62,332 bases of DNA, from contig VBHX01000184.1 in the NCBI GenBank assembly GCA_005879945.1, forward strand, positions 1 to 62,332. Direction: 5' to 3'. The stretch comes from Chloroflexota bacterium (GTDB taxonomy: Bacteria; Chloroflexota; Dormibacteria; Dormibacterales; Dormibacteraceae). Under the pieces are notes generated by a model. It was not told where the DNA came from. It saw only the letters and a list, made by a program, of their open reading frames with translations, and did not search any database. The position numbers and the translations under genes are program-made. Of this stretch, positions 44,920-53,308 are shown piece after piece. The number at the start of each line of letters is the position of its first letter. Positions within the stretch are counted from its first letter, which is position 1.

Positions 44920-45503
44920 GGCTTGCCCTGGATGGTGAAGTGCTCGTTGTAGGCCAGGTGGAGGCTGTTGCCGAAGAGGTTCTGGATGAAAGGCGTGATC
45001 AGTTGAAAGTTCATCAGCAAGGTCACGTTGATGTCGCCAAGGCGCCATGAGTTGTCGGTCGGATGGTTAGGCATTGTGCCGGTCTGCGCGCCGCCGTTCG
45101 GCGGCGTGTAGCAGATGTACACGTTCACCCCCTGCGACGTCGTCGGGTAGGCCGACGCGGAATATGGCTTGTTGTTGTAGCTGTTCAAATCGGCTGGCGT
45201 CAGGCAGGTGAACGAAGGCACGAATGTGCCGACGAGGCCGGAGCCGCTAAGCCCCGAATTGACCGCGGACATGATGTCGGCGTCGTCCAGGTAGAGGTTG
45301 GCGCGCGCCGCGGTGTTGAACCATGCGCCGTGGCGCGCGCCTTCACGGGCCGCTCCCTGCAGGTTCACCGAGAAGTAGAACGCTCGCGACAAGTCGAGGA
45401 GTCCCATCATCAGAAGGAGCAGCACGATCGACGAGATGGCGAACTCCACCAGAGATTGGCCGCGTTGTCGCTGCTCGCCGCGGACCTCACGTTTCACAGG
45501 CAC
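44916..45503 (-). CDS. TadE-like pseudopilin
   Basis: RGQSLVEFAISSIVLLLLMMGLLDLSRAFYFSVNLQGAAREGARHGAW. Confidence 0.8.
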   Translation of the reverse strand: MPVKREVRGEQRQRGQSLVEFAISSIVLLLLMMGLLDLSRAFYFSVNLQGAAREGARHGAWFNTAARANLYLDDADIMSAVNSGLSGSGLVGTFVPSFTCLTPADLNSYNNKPYSASAYPTTSQGVNVYICYTPPNGGAQTGTMPNHPTDNSWRLGDINVTLLMNFQLITPFIQNLFGNSLHLAYNEHFTIQGKP

Positions 45504-45835
45504 AGTGGAATTGAACCCGATCGGACGGTGGGATGCTGCACATTAACTGAATAACGATGCAACCGGCATATTGGGGCTCTCAGTAAGCCGGCGCCGGTTG
45601 GCCACCTTACGGCTGAGGCGCGATCGGCGAGCCTCGCATTGGTGCGTTGCGACCACGGGTTTCGTTTCCGTCGCGTTCCGGCCGGCATTAACACGTCCCG
45701 GTTGCGGCCGCGTTTGATCAATTGTTTCCTGCCTCACGCTCTCACGGCTCTGGCCATAACAACGAAGAATTGGTGGCCGTACTTGCGCTTATCTCGATCG
45801 ACCGCCGGTCGGACCCGGTGTCTGAGATCAGAGCT

Positions 45836-46987
45836 TCAATCCAAACCTTCGAGCGCTGACAACCGCCGGCCGGTGCCTAATCGTCTCGACTTTCGTCGCA
45901 AACGGGTCAGCCTGCGCTCCAACCGATCGGCTGCTTCCGGCATCCGGCGCTCGGCAGCCTCTACGACCGCCAGCGCCCTCCGGGGATCGCGCCGGCGCCA
46001 CTCGAGGAGCCGAGCCCGCGCCACCGGGAGCCGGATGTCCTCGGACTCCGTTTCCTCGAGCCACTCCAGCAGCGCCTCGGCGCCATCGACCGATCCTCGG
46101 CGCGTCAGCTTGCGCGCGATGAGCAGCGCGGCAGTCGCGGCCGCGTCTCCCTGGCGGAAGTTGGTCGCATTGCGCAGCGCGCGCCACCCGTCGGCGCGCG
46201 CACCCTTTCGTAACCGGTGGCGTCCAAGCGCGAGCCAGTCGGCCGCATCCATGTCCGCGTCCGCGCCGCGAAGCCTTTCCAGAAGCCGCGAGTGCAGGTG
46301 GACGAGGCTGATCACGTCAAGCCGGTTGTGCTCGAGTACACCGTCGATCGCTTCCGAACCTCGTTGCAGGAATGCGAAGTACGCGTCCGGGACCATTGCG
46401 CCCGCGATCGGGTCGTCGCGCTCGTAGCCCAAAAGGCGTTCTTCGACCATGCGCAGCGTGCAGTTCTCCAGGCGGTGGCGATAGAGCGCGCGGACCAGCG
46501 TGAGCAGGTCGACGTGCGGAGGTGAGGCCAGCTCGCCTGGCATCCTCGCCATCACCCAGCGGGTGCGCAGCAGCGGAAGATCGAACGAGCCGCCGTTGAA
46601 GCTCGCGACCCCGTCGGCTGCCTCGAGCTCGACGTGCAGCCGGTGGAGAAAGGCGGCCTCGAGCCCGGGCTGAGGCAGGAAGAGCTGCGCGAGCCGCAGC
46701 CCGCAATCGATAGGGCGGGCCACCGCCGCCGCGAACGCGTAAGTTCCCGACCCGCCGGCGAGGCCAGTGGTTTCCGTGTCGAGGTACGCGATCGAGCCCG
46801 GATGAGGATCGAGGGCCGGCAGCGGGATGACGTCCTCACGCAGGTAGGCGTCGCCGAACGGGGTCGGCTCGACCTCGAAGCCCCGAGGAAGCGTCGGGTC
46901 GAAACGTGGACGTGGTCTCGGCGCTCCGCCTAGACGGGTAAGGCGCTCGCGGAGGCCGCTGACGTCGCGGTCAGCAATCGCAGGCAT
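45836..46987 (-). CDS. RNase-H-like (YprB/MrfB-type) 3'-5' exonuclease-domain protein with a helical C-terminal region
   Basis: IAYLDTETTGLAGGSGTYAF...SFNGGSFDLPLL...VDLLTLVRALY. It sits directly downstream of the DUF1998 helicase. ATG at 46987; the ORF-track extension to 47221 is Arg-rich. Confidence 0.75.
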   Translation of the reverse strand: MPAIADRDVSGLRERLTRLGGAPRPRPRFDPTLPRGFEVEPTPFGDAYLREDVIPLPALDPHPGSIAYLDTETTGLAGGSGTYAFAAAVARPIDCGLRLAQLFLPQPGLEAAFLHRLHVELEAADGVASFNGGSFDLPLLRTRWVMARMPGELASPPHVDLLTLVRALYRHRLENCTLRMVEERLLGYERDDPIAGAMVPDAYFAFLQRGSEAIDGVLEHNRLDVISLVHLHSRLLERLRGADADMDAADWLALGRHRLRKGARADGWRALRNATNFRQGDAAATAALLIARKLTRRGSVDGAEALLEWLEETESEDIRLPVARARLLEWRRRDPRRALAVVEAAERRMPEAADRLERRLTRLRRKSRRLGTGRRLSALEGLD

Positions 46988-49203
46988 GCGCTCTTGGCTC
47001 CTTCCACGAGATGCAGCGGACCCACGCAGGAGGGACATCCGGCCAGACACCGGCAATCGCGCACCAGCGCCGCGGTGTGCTCGAGCAGCTCCTGATGCAG
47101 CTCGTGCATGCGCTGCGAGTAGCCGACGCCGCCGGGGTAGATCTCGTAAACGGTCACCGTCGGCAGGCGAGTGGTGGCGGAGCGCACCTCCGCCACGGCA
47201 CGCAGGTCGCGCGGGTCGCACATGAGCCGGATACTCGCGACGTGGCGGAGCGAGTGGGCCATGCCCTGCAGTCCAGCCTCCAGCGTTTCGCGGCCGAGCG
47301 CTGCCCAGACGTCCTCGTCGACCGTGATCCAGTAGCCGGTGGTGTGAAGCGTCTGCTCGGGCAAATGAATCGGACCCGAGCCGATGTTCTCGTGCGTGTG
47401 AAACCGGATCTTCTTGAACATGCTCGCGAGAGACGTGATCTTCACCTCGCCATGGCTGCGCGCGAGCGCCGAGCCCTCGGGCCCCGCGAAAGTGTCGAGA
47501 ACCTGGACGGTCACCGACGCCAGCGCGTCCGTGTAGTAGTCGACGTCGACCGGACGCACGTAGGCCTTCTTCTCGTCCCAGTCGAGCCGGTCGACGTGAA
47601 ACTGCGCGCCCTCGTGTAGGTAGACGGCCTCCTCGTGCAGGAGGACCGGGGCCGAGAACTGGTCCATCTCCCCGATCACCGATGGGCGCGCATGGGATGT
47701 GTCGATGATCACGACGTTGTCGGCGGCGATGCGGCGGAGGTGGACCTCCTCGGCGGGAAAGGCCTGACGGCTCCAGAACCAGCGGCCGGCCGACCGCGTC
47801 GCCGAGCCGTCCTCCTCGAAGAGTCGCAACAGCTCGCTCACGTCGATGCGCCCGAGCCGCTCTTCGGATTCGAAGGGCAGCTCGAACAGTCCCGCCTGGA
47901 GATGGCCGGCGAGCAGCAAGAGATTGTCGGGGTCGATGAGCCCTTCCTCGGGGTTGGTGCTGAGGAAGTACTCGGGATGCCGGACGATGAACTGGTCGAG
48001 GGGCGAGCTCGAGGCCACAAACACCCCCACCGACCCCGAGCGTCGCCCCGCGCGACCGAGCTGCTGCCAGGTCGACGCGATCGTGCCGGGATAGCCGACG
48101 AGGATTGCGGTCTGCAGGCTGCCGATGTCGATGCCGAGCTCGAGCGCGTTTGTGCTGACGACGGCGGTGATGGCCCCTTCGCGAAGGCCGGCCTCGATCT
48201 CGCGACGGTGGAGCGGCAAGTAGCCGGCGCGATAACCCCTGACGCGCTGCGAAGCGTCGAGACGCGGCGCAAGGTCCTGGCGCAGGTAGCTCAGCATCAC
48301 TTCGACCTGTAAGCGGCTGCGGCAGAAGAGGATGCTCTGCACGCCGGATCGGATCCAGGGCGCTGCGATGCGGCGCGCTTCCAGCATCGAGCTGCGGCGG
48401 ATGCCCATCTCGCGATTGATCAGCGGCGGGTTGTAGAAGATGAGGCGGCGCTCACCCCGCGGCGCGCCGTTCTTATCGATCAGCTCGATGTTCTCCTCTT
48501 CGAGGAGCTTCTTGGCGAGCTCGAGCGGGTTCGCGATGGTGGCCGATGCGCAGATGAACGTGGGGCTCGACCCGTAGAAAGCGCAGATTCGTTTCAGCCT
48601 GCGCATGACGTTGGCGACCTGGCTGCCGAACAATCCTCGATATGTGTGCAGCTCGTCGATGACGACGAACTCGAGGGTCGAGAAGAGGCGTCTCCAGCGG
48701 GTATGGTGGGGCAGGATGCCCGTGTGCAGCATGTCCGGGTTGGTCATCACGACGTGGCCGGCCTCGCGGATGGCGGTGCGGCGGCCGGGAGCTGTGTCGC
48801 CGTCATAAGTGTCGACGCGAACCTCGATGGGCAGCCCGTGCTTGAGCGCGCTCAGCTCTGCGAGCTGGTCCTGAGCCAGCGCCTTGGTCGGGTAGACGTA
48901 GAGCGCCCGGCGTTCGGGGTTCTCGAGGAGCCGCTGGAGGACCGGGAGGTTGTAGCAGAGCGTTTTGCCACTAGCCGTGGGCGTAACCACGACTAGGTGG
49001 CGGCCGTTGCGGACGGCGTGGTATGCGTCAGCCTGGTGGCTGTATAGGCGAACGATCCCGCGGCCCGCAAGCGCCGCCACGAGCTCCGGACGCATCTCAG
49101 AGGGCAGCGGAGCGAACTGCGCAGCGGTCGCGGGCATGACGTGGTCGAGCGTGATTTCGCCTGAAAAGTCGGCCGGTGAGAAGGCTGGAGTCGTGGCCAT
49201 CAC
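46930..49203 (-). CDS. DEAD/DEAH-box helicase with a C-terminal DUF1998 zinc module (YprA/MrfA-type)
   Basis: TPTASGKT (motif I), VIDELHTY (motif II), STNALELGIDIG, GRAGRR, and a C-terminal Cys cluster CRCLAGCPSCVGP. Confidence 0.88.
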   Translation of the reverse strand: MMATTPAFSPADFSGEITLDHVMPATAAQFAPLPSEMRPELVAALAGRGIVRLYSHQADAYHAVRNGRHLVVVTPTASGKTLCYNLPVLQRLLENPERRALYVYPTKALAQDQLAELSALKHGLPIEVRVDTYDGDTAPGRRTAIREAGHVVMTNPDMLHTGILPHHTRWRRLFSTLEFVVIDELHTYRGLFGSQVANVMRRLKRICAFYGSSPTFICASATIANPLELAKKLLEEENIELIDKNGAPRGERRLIFYNPPLINREMGIRRSSMLEARRIAAPWIRSGVQSILFCRSRLQVEVMLSYLRQDLAPRLDASQRVRGYRAGYLPLHRREIEAGLREGAITAVVSTNALELGIDIGSLQTAILVGYPGTIASTWQQLGRAGRRSGSVGVFVASSSPLDQFIVRHPEYFLSTNPEEGLIDPDNLLLLAGHLQAGLFELPFESEERLGRIDVSELLRLFEEDGSATRSAGRWFWSRQAFPAEEVHLRRIAADNVVIIDTSHARPSVIGEMDQFSAPVLLHEEAVYLHEGAQFHVDRLDWDEKKAYVRPVDVDYYTDALASVTVQVLDTFAGPEGSALARSHGEVKITSLASMFKKIRFHTHENIGSGPIHLPEQTLHTTGYWITVDEDVWAALGRETLEAGLQGMAHSLRHVASIRLMCDPRDLRAVAEVRSATTRLPTVTVYEIYPGGVGYSQRMHELHQELLEHTAALVRDCRCLAGCPSCVGPLHLVEGAKSACLRLLTATSAASASALPV

Positions 49204-49345
49204 GCGCCGGGGAGGTTAGACGAACATTCGTTCGGAGTCAAGCGATCAACCGGCTTCCGAGGGCGAGGCAACCTACCAGCCCGGCTCGGAGGCCGACTTC
49301 GAGCGCCTCTACCGGAACTCGTATCGGCGGATCCTGGGGACGCTG

Positions 49346-49777
49346 GTGACGATGCTGCGCGACATGCCGGCGGCGGAGGATTGCACGCAAGAGACTTACG
49401 AACGGGCGTTCAGGGTGTGGAAGACCTGGCGGCCGGATGCCCCCGCCGAGGCGTGGCTGCACCGGATCGCGATCAACACGGCGATCACCCGCCAGCGGCG
49501 TGAACGCCTACAGGAGGCAGGCGCGATCCTGCGCCGGCTCGGACGCCCGGCCGCGCAGGCGGACCCGGCGGTCCTGGCCGAACGATCGGATCTGGTCAAA
49601 GCGCTGCGGAAGCTGCCGCCGAAGCAGTCGGCGGCGATCGTGCTTCGACACTTCCATGGCTACACCAACCGCGAGATCGCGATCGCCCTCGGGGTGCCCG
49701 AGCAGACGGTGGCTTCTCGCCTCGCCGCCGCCCGCGCCCGCCTCCAGCAGCTGTTGGGGCCGATCCGGCCCAAATGA
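49346..49777 (+). CDS. ECF sigma factor, paralogue of 1798..2427. The conserved region 2 N-terminus continues upstream with no canonical start (candidate ATT at 49226).
   Basis: AAEDCTQETYERAFRVWKTWR...AWLHRIAINTAITRQRR...LPPKQSAAIVLRHFHGYTNREIAIALGVPEQTVASRLAAARARL. Upstream and in frame: EADFERLYRNSYRRILGTL, matching the paralogue's EADFERLYETSYGKILGTL. Confidence 0.85.
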   Translation: MTMLRDMPAAEDCTQETYERAFRVWKTWRPDAPAEAWLHRIAINTAITRQRRERLQEAGAILRRLGRPAAQADPAVLAERSDLVKALRKLPPKQSAAIVLRHFHGYTNREIAIALGVPEQTVASRLAAARARLQQLLGPIRPK

Positions 49778-49812
49778 AAAATGGGTAGTTCTGGCCCGCC
49801 TCGAGTTCTCTC

Positions 49813-50418
49813 TTGCCTATGAACGGCAGCGGCGAATTCGAGCGTGACCTGGAGCGAGAGCTGCATCGGATCCTGGATCCGATCGGGGCCGCGCCCATCC
49901 CGCCTCGAAGGACGCTCGCATCTCGGGGAATGACCAGACGCCTCCTGGGCGGCGCCGGCGCCGCGCTCAGCGTCAAGGTGCTGACAGGTTTCGCCGTCGC
50001 GGCTTTTGCGGCCGCCGCCGCCGGAGCAGCGACCGAGGTCGCCGTCACCGGCAGCGTCAACCCAGCCGACTGGGGCCAGCAGGTGCACCACACCGTGCAG
50101 ACGTGCAAGGACGAGCTGAGGGCATCCGGTACCCGCGGCATCGGTGCCTGCGTCAGCGCATTCGCGAGCCAGCACGGGCAGCAGGCCAGCGAAGGCAGCA
50201 AGTCGACCACTGGCAACGACAAGGCCGACGGGAAAAGCAATGGCAAAGACAACAGCAAGGGCACTGGCAACGGCAAAAACAACAGCAAGGGCAACGGCCA
50301 TGGCGGCGGCAACAGCCACGGCGGCGGCAACGGCAACGCTGACGGCAGCGCTACATCCGGTGAACCGGTAGACCCGGCCGCGATGCATCCAGGACCGTCA
50401 CCTGTCCCGGCCGGCTAG
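49813..50418 (+). CDS. Single-pass membrane protein encoded downstream of the ECF sigma gene, with an FER.LE.EL...LDP N-terminal motif and a G/N/K/S low-complexity tail
   Basis: N-terminal motif, TM span LSVKVLTGFAVAAFAAAAAGAA, and the tail GNDKADGKSNGKDNSKGTGNGKNNSKGNGHGGGNSHGGGNGN. Confidence 0.65.
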   Translation: MPMNGSGEFERDLERELHRILDPIGAAPIPPRRTLASRGMTRRLLGGAGAALSVKVLTGFAVAAFAAAAAGAATEVAVTGSVNPADWGQQVHHTVQTCKDELRASGTRGIGACVSAFASQHGQQASEGSKSTTGNDKADGKSNGKDNSKGTGNGKNNSKGNGHGGGNSHGGGNGNADGSATSGEPVDPAAMHPGPSPVPAG

Positions 50419-50429
50419 GAGCCGGAGCC

Positions 50430-51956
50430 TTACTCAGACACCTTCCTCTCTGAAGGGCCGGGCCGCAAGGCTCGGCCCCTCTGAACATATGAGGGACAAC
50501 CTGGCGGTTTTCCCTTACGCCTCCCGCGACGATTAGCCAAAGAGACTCCCCGCAACGCGTGTAGTTTCTGTGACATGCATGGGGACGGCCAGGTAAATCC
50601 GGCCTGGCGGGCGATTTGCGAGCGCGAGCTCGGCGCCAATCCGTTAATGCTGTTTCGAGGACCCGGTGAGGAGCTTCCAGCGCTGGCCCTCGGCGGTGTC
50701 TGTGACCGCAACTCCGAGCGACGCGAGCGAGTTGCGCAGGCGGTCCGATTCGCCGAAATCCATTGCCGCACGAGCCTTCTCTCGCGCTTCGAGAAGGGGT
50801 GCGGCAGCCGCGGGCAGCTCTCCGCCACCAGCGCCATGGCTGCAGGCAGGTCGAGGTCATCGGCGATCGCTGCCTGAAAACGGTCCTCAAACGCATCGGC
50901 TTCGGCGCTGTTCGGCGCGGCTTCTCCGCTCGCCGCCCAAGCGCCGACCTTCTCGCGCAGCTGCTGCAGCGCCCGGTTCGCGCCGCCCAAACCCTCGGCG
51001 CTGAAGTTGAGCTTGGTGCGGTACTTCGCCTGGAGGGCCAGGTAGCGAAATGCCAGCGGATCGAATCCCTGCTCGACGAGCTCGGTGATGCGGAAGAAGT
51101 TTCCGGCAGACTTCGCCATTCTCGAGCCGGCCAGCAGAAGCAGCCCGCCGTGCATCCACTGATTGACGACGCGATGGCCGGTCACGCCCTCCGACTGTGC
51201 GAGCTCTGCCTCGTGATGAGGAAAGACGTTGTCGGCGCCGCCGGTGTGGATATCGAATCGCTCGCCTAGAAGCGACATCGACATGGCCGAGCACTCGATA
51301 TGCCACCCGGGAAAACCAGGACCCCATGGGCTCGGCCAGACCTGAAGGCGGTGGTGGCCCGCAGCCCTCCAGAGAGTGAAGTCGCCCGGGTGCCTCTTGC
51401 GAGGATCGACCTCGCCGCGCGACCCCGCGAGCAGCTTGTCGGTGCTGTTGCGCGAAAGCCGCCCGTAGGCGGGGAAGCTGGCGATGTCGTAGTAAACGGT
51501 TCCGTCGACATCGTACGCATGTCCCTTGGCGACCAGGGTGGCGATGAGGTCAAGCATCTGCGGGATGTACGCGGTTGCATGAGGGTTGTAGTCGGCGGGC
51601 CGTATGTTGACGCGTGCGGCGTCCTCCATGAACGCTTTCGTGTAGTAGTCGGCGATCTCCTCAGGCGACTTACTCTCCAATCGCGCCGAGACGAGCATCT
51701 TGTCCTCCCCGCGATCGAAGGTGTCGTCAGTCAGGTGCCCGACGTCGGTGATGTTCATCACCTGTTCGGTGCGGTAGCCGAGGTATTCGAGGCTGCGGCG
51801 CAGCAGGTCCGGGAGCATGAAGGTGCGTAGGTTGCCGATGTGGACGAACCGGTAGACCGTCGGGCCGCACGAATAGATGCGCACGATCCCCGGCTCGATA
51901 GGCTGGAGCTCGTCCTTCTGCCGCGTCAGCGTGTTGTACAGGCGAACGGTCGTCAT
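50430..51956 (-). CDS. cysS: Cysteine--tRNA ligase with a frameshifted 3' end. The authentic C-terminal ~57 codons are in another frame and stop at 50644.
   Basis: MTTVRLYNTL...YSCGPTVYRFVHIGNLR (HIGH), ...KMAKSAGNF (KMSKS-like). After ...DDLDLPAAMALVAE the open frame becomes R/S-rich junk. The alternative frame reads ELPAAAAPLLEAREKARAAMDFGESDRLRNSLASLGVAVTDTAEGQRWKLL*, a canonical CysS terminus. The 5' extension of the ORF track (to 52445) is rejected. Confidence 0.88.
   Translation of the reverse strand: MTTVRLYNTLTRQKDELQPIEPGIVRIYSCGPTVYRFVHIGNLRTFMLPDLLRRSLEYLGYRTEQVMNITDVGHLTDDTFDRGEDKMLVSARLESKSPEEIADYYTKAFMEDAARVNIRPADYNPHATAYIPQMLDLIATLVAKGHAYDVDGTVYYDIASFPAYGRLSRNSTDKLLAGSRGEVDPRKRHPGDFTLWRAAGHHRLQVWPSPWGPGFPGWHIECSAMSMSLLGERFDIHTGGADNVFPHHEAELAQSEGVTGHRVVNQWMHGGLLLLAGSRMAKSAGNFFRITELVEQGFDPLAFRYLALQAKYRTKLNFSAEGLGGANRALQQLREKVGAWAASGEAAPNSAEADAFEDRFQAAIADDLDLPAAMALVAESCPRLPHPFSKRERRLVRQWISANRTACATRSRRSELRSQTPPRASAGSSSPGPRNSINGLAPSSRSQIARQAGFTWPSPCMSQKLHALRGVSLANRRGRRKGKPPGCPSYVQRGRALRPGPSERKVSE
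50455..50478. terminator. 10-bp stem / GCAA-loop hairpin; second copy of the element seen at 7566..7610
   Basis: GGGCCGGGCC GCAA GGCTCGGCCC, with one G-U pair, preceded by CCTTCCTCTC as at the first locus. It lies between the convergent 49813 ORF and cysS. Confidence 0.5.
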
Positions 51957-51968
51957 GAGATCGAATCT

Positions 51969-52973
51969 ATGCTCGCAGTAATGCGTGCACTCAAGCTGGA
52001 CGGGCCGACCGCCGGCGCCATCGACATAGAAGGACGCGTGCTCGTGCACGACCTGGGGCACGACCTGCGCAAAGGCACCGTGCTCACGAAGGAGCACCTC
52101 GATCGCGTGAGGCAGTCGCGAGAGGTTCACGTCGTCCAGCTGGAACCCGGCGACCTGCATGAAGACGTCGCCGCCAGGAGGCTTGCGGCGGCGCTGTCGG
52201 CGCCGAACATGCAGTCCCAGCCCCCTGTCCAGAGCCAGTCGAGGCTGATCGCCGGCCACCGGGGCCTGGTACGTGTGCGCGGCGACCTGGTCGACGCGAT
52301 CAACGCGCTCGGCTATATGTCCGTGTTCACGCTCATGGATGGGCAGGCCGTCGCCGAGGGAGAGGAAATCGCCGGCTGCAAGGTCACGCCGGTGGCGGTG
52401 CCCGGGCGGCTCATCGAGGATGCCGAGCACATAGCTCGCGAGCAAGGGCCGGTCATCGAGCTGCTTCCCTTTCGTCAGCTGCGCACGTTCGTCGTCGCGA
52501 CCGAGCGACTCAAGCCCAAGGCACGCGAGCTCTTCCGCGCCGCGGTCACGGCCAAGCTTGGCTGGTATGGAGCCGAGGTGTTGGCGGTGCGTGAGGTCGC
52601 GCGCACGTCAGCGGCGGTCGCCGGCGCATACCGCGAGGCGGCCGCGATGAAGGCGGAGCTCGTCCTGTTCGCCGGCGCCTCGGCCATCGATCCGCTGGAC
52701 CCGGCATACGCGGAGCTCACTAGCGCGGGCGGCACCCTCCTGCAGCTCGGCGCGCCAATGCACCCGGGCAGCATGCTGTGGCTCGCGCGCCTCGGCGGCG
52801 CCGCCGTCGTCGGCGTCGCTTCGTGCGCCGGTTTCGGCCGCTCCAGCTCCCTCGACCTTCTGCTGCCGTTCGTCTTCGCCTACGGCCGGGCGGACGCCAA
52901 GGATCTGCTCAGGCTCGGTCACGGTGGTTTGATCGAAGCCGCGGCCGGCCGCCGGTTCCCTCCTTATTCGTGA
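51969..52973 (+). CDS. Molybdopterin-binding (MoCF-biosynthesis-like) domain protein
   Basis: The C-terminal half ELVLFAGASAIDPLDPAYAEL...GAPMHPGSMLWLARLGGAAVVGVASCA resembles the MoaB/MogA/MoeA-type binding fold. ATG at 51969, just past the divergent cysS start. Confidence 0.55.
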   Translation: MLAVMRALKLDGPTAGAIDIEGRVLVHDLGHDLRKGTVLTKEHLDRVRQSREVHVVQLEPGDLHEDVAARRLAAALSAPNMQSQPPVQSQSRLIAGHRGLVRVRGDLVDAINALGYMSVFTLMDGQAVAEGEEIAGCKVTPVAVPGRLIEDAEHIAREQGPVIELLPFRQLRTFVVATERLKPKARELFRAAVTAKLGWYGAEVLAVREVARTSAAVAGAYREAAAMKAELVLFAGASAIDPLDPAYAELTSAGGTLLQLGAPMHPGSMLWLARLGGAAVVGVASCAGFGRSSSLDLLLPFVFAYGRADAKDLLRLGHGGLIEAAAGRRFPPYS

Positions 52974-53308
52974 CTCCCGGCTTGAGGCGCGGCGTCGAGC
53001 TTTTCAACAGCGGTCGCTACTGGGACGCGCACGAAGTCTGGGAGCACGAGTGGATGCCGGATCGCAAGGGCCCCGAGTCGGGCTTTTACAAGGGTCTGAT
53101 CCAGGTTGCCGCCGGATGCCTGCACTACACACGGCGCAACCGGCGCGGGGCCGTCAACAAGTGGCGCAGCGGCGCGGACTACCTCCGCCCATACCTGCCC
53201 GAGCATGGCGGTATCAGCCTGGCGCCGCTCGTGAGCGCGGTTGACGGCTATCTCGAGGTGATGGGCGAGAGCGGATGGCCCGACGTGGTCATGCCGATAA
53301 TCGCCTGA
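52970..53308 (+). CDS. DUF309-family protein
   Basis: GVELFNSGRYWDAHEVWEHEWM...YKGLIQVAAGCLHYTRRNRRGA. The GTG overlaps the upstream stop (GTGA). Confidence 0.75.
   Translation: MTPGLRRGVELFNSGRYWDAHEVWEHEWMPDRKGPESGFYKGLIQVAAGCLHYTRRNRRGAVNKWRSGADYLRPYLPEHGGISLAPLVSAVDGYLEVMGESGWPDVVMPIIA

Noticed and set aside
45504-45835. Search for a Flp-type pilin gene or tRNA in the 330-bp region upstream of the TadE genes.
   Set aside because: The small ORFs there (45494..45721-, 45543..45737-) lack the Flp G/(A)xxxEY hydrophobic motif, and no cloverleaf-like structure is evident.
50430-50643. 3' tail of the open cysS frame treated as real coding sequence.
   Set aside because: It has an R/S/P-rich composition. 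The canonical CysS C-terminus is found in the neighbouring frame ending at 50644, and the tail also runs through the conserved hairpin element.
51957-52445. 163-codon 5' extension of cysS (ORF track 50430..52445).
   Set aside because: CysS homology begins at MTTVRLYNTL (ATG 51956). The extension is antisense to the well-supported divergent MoCF-domain gene.
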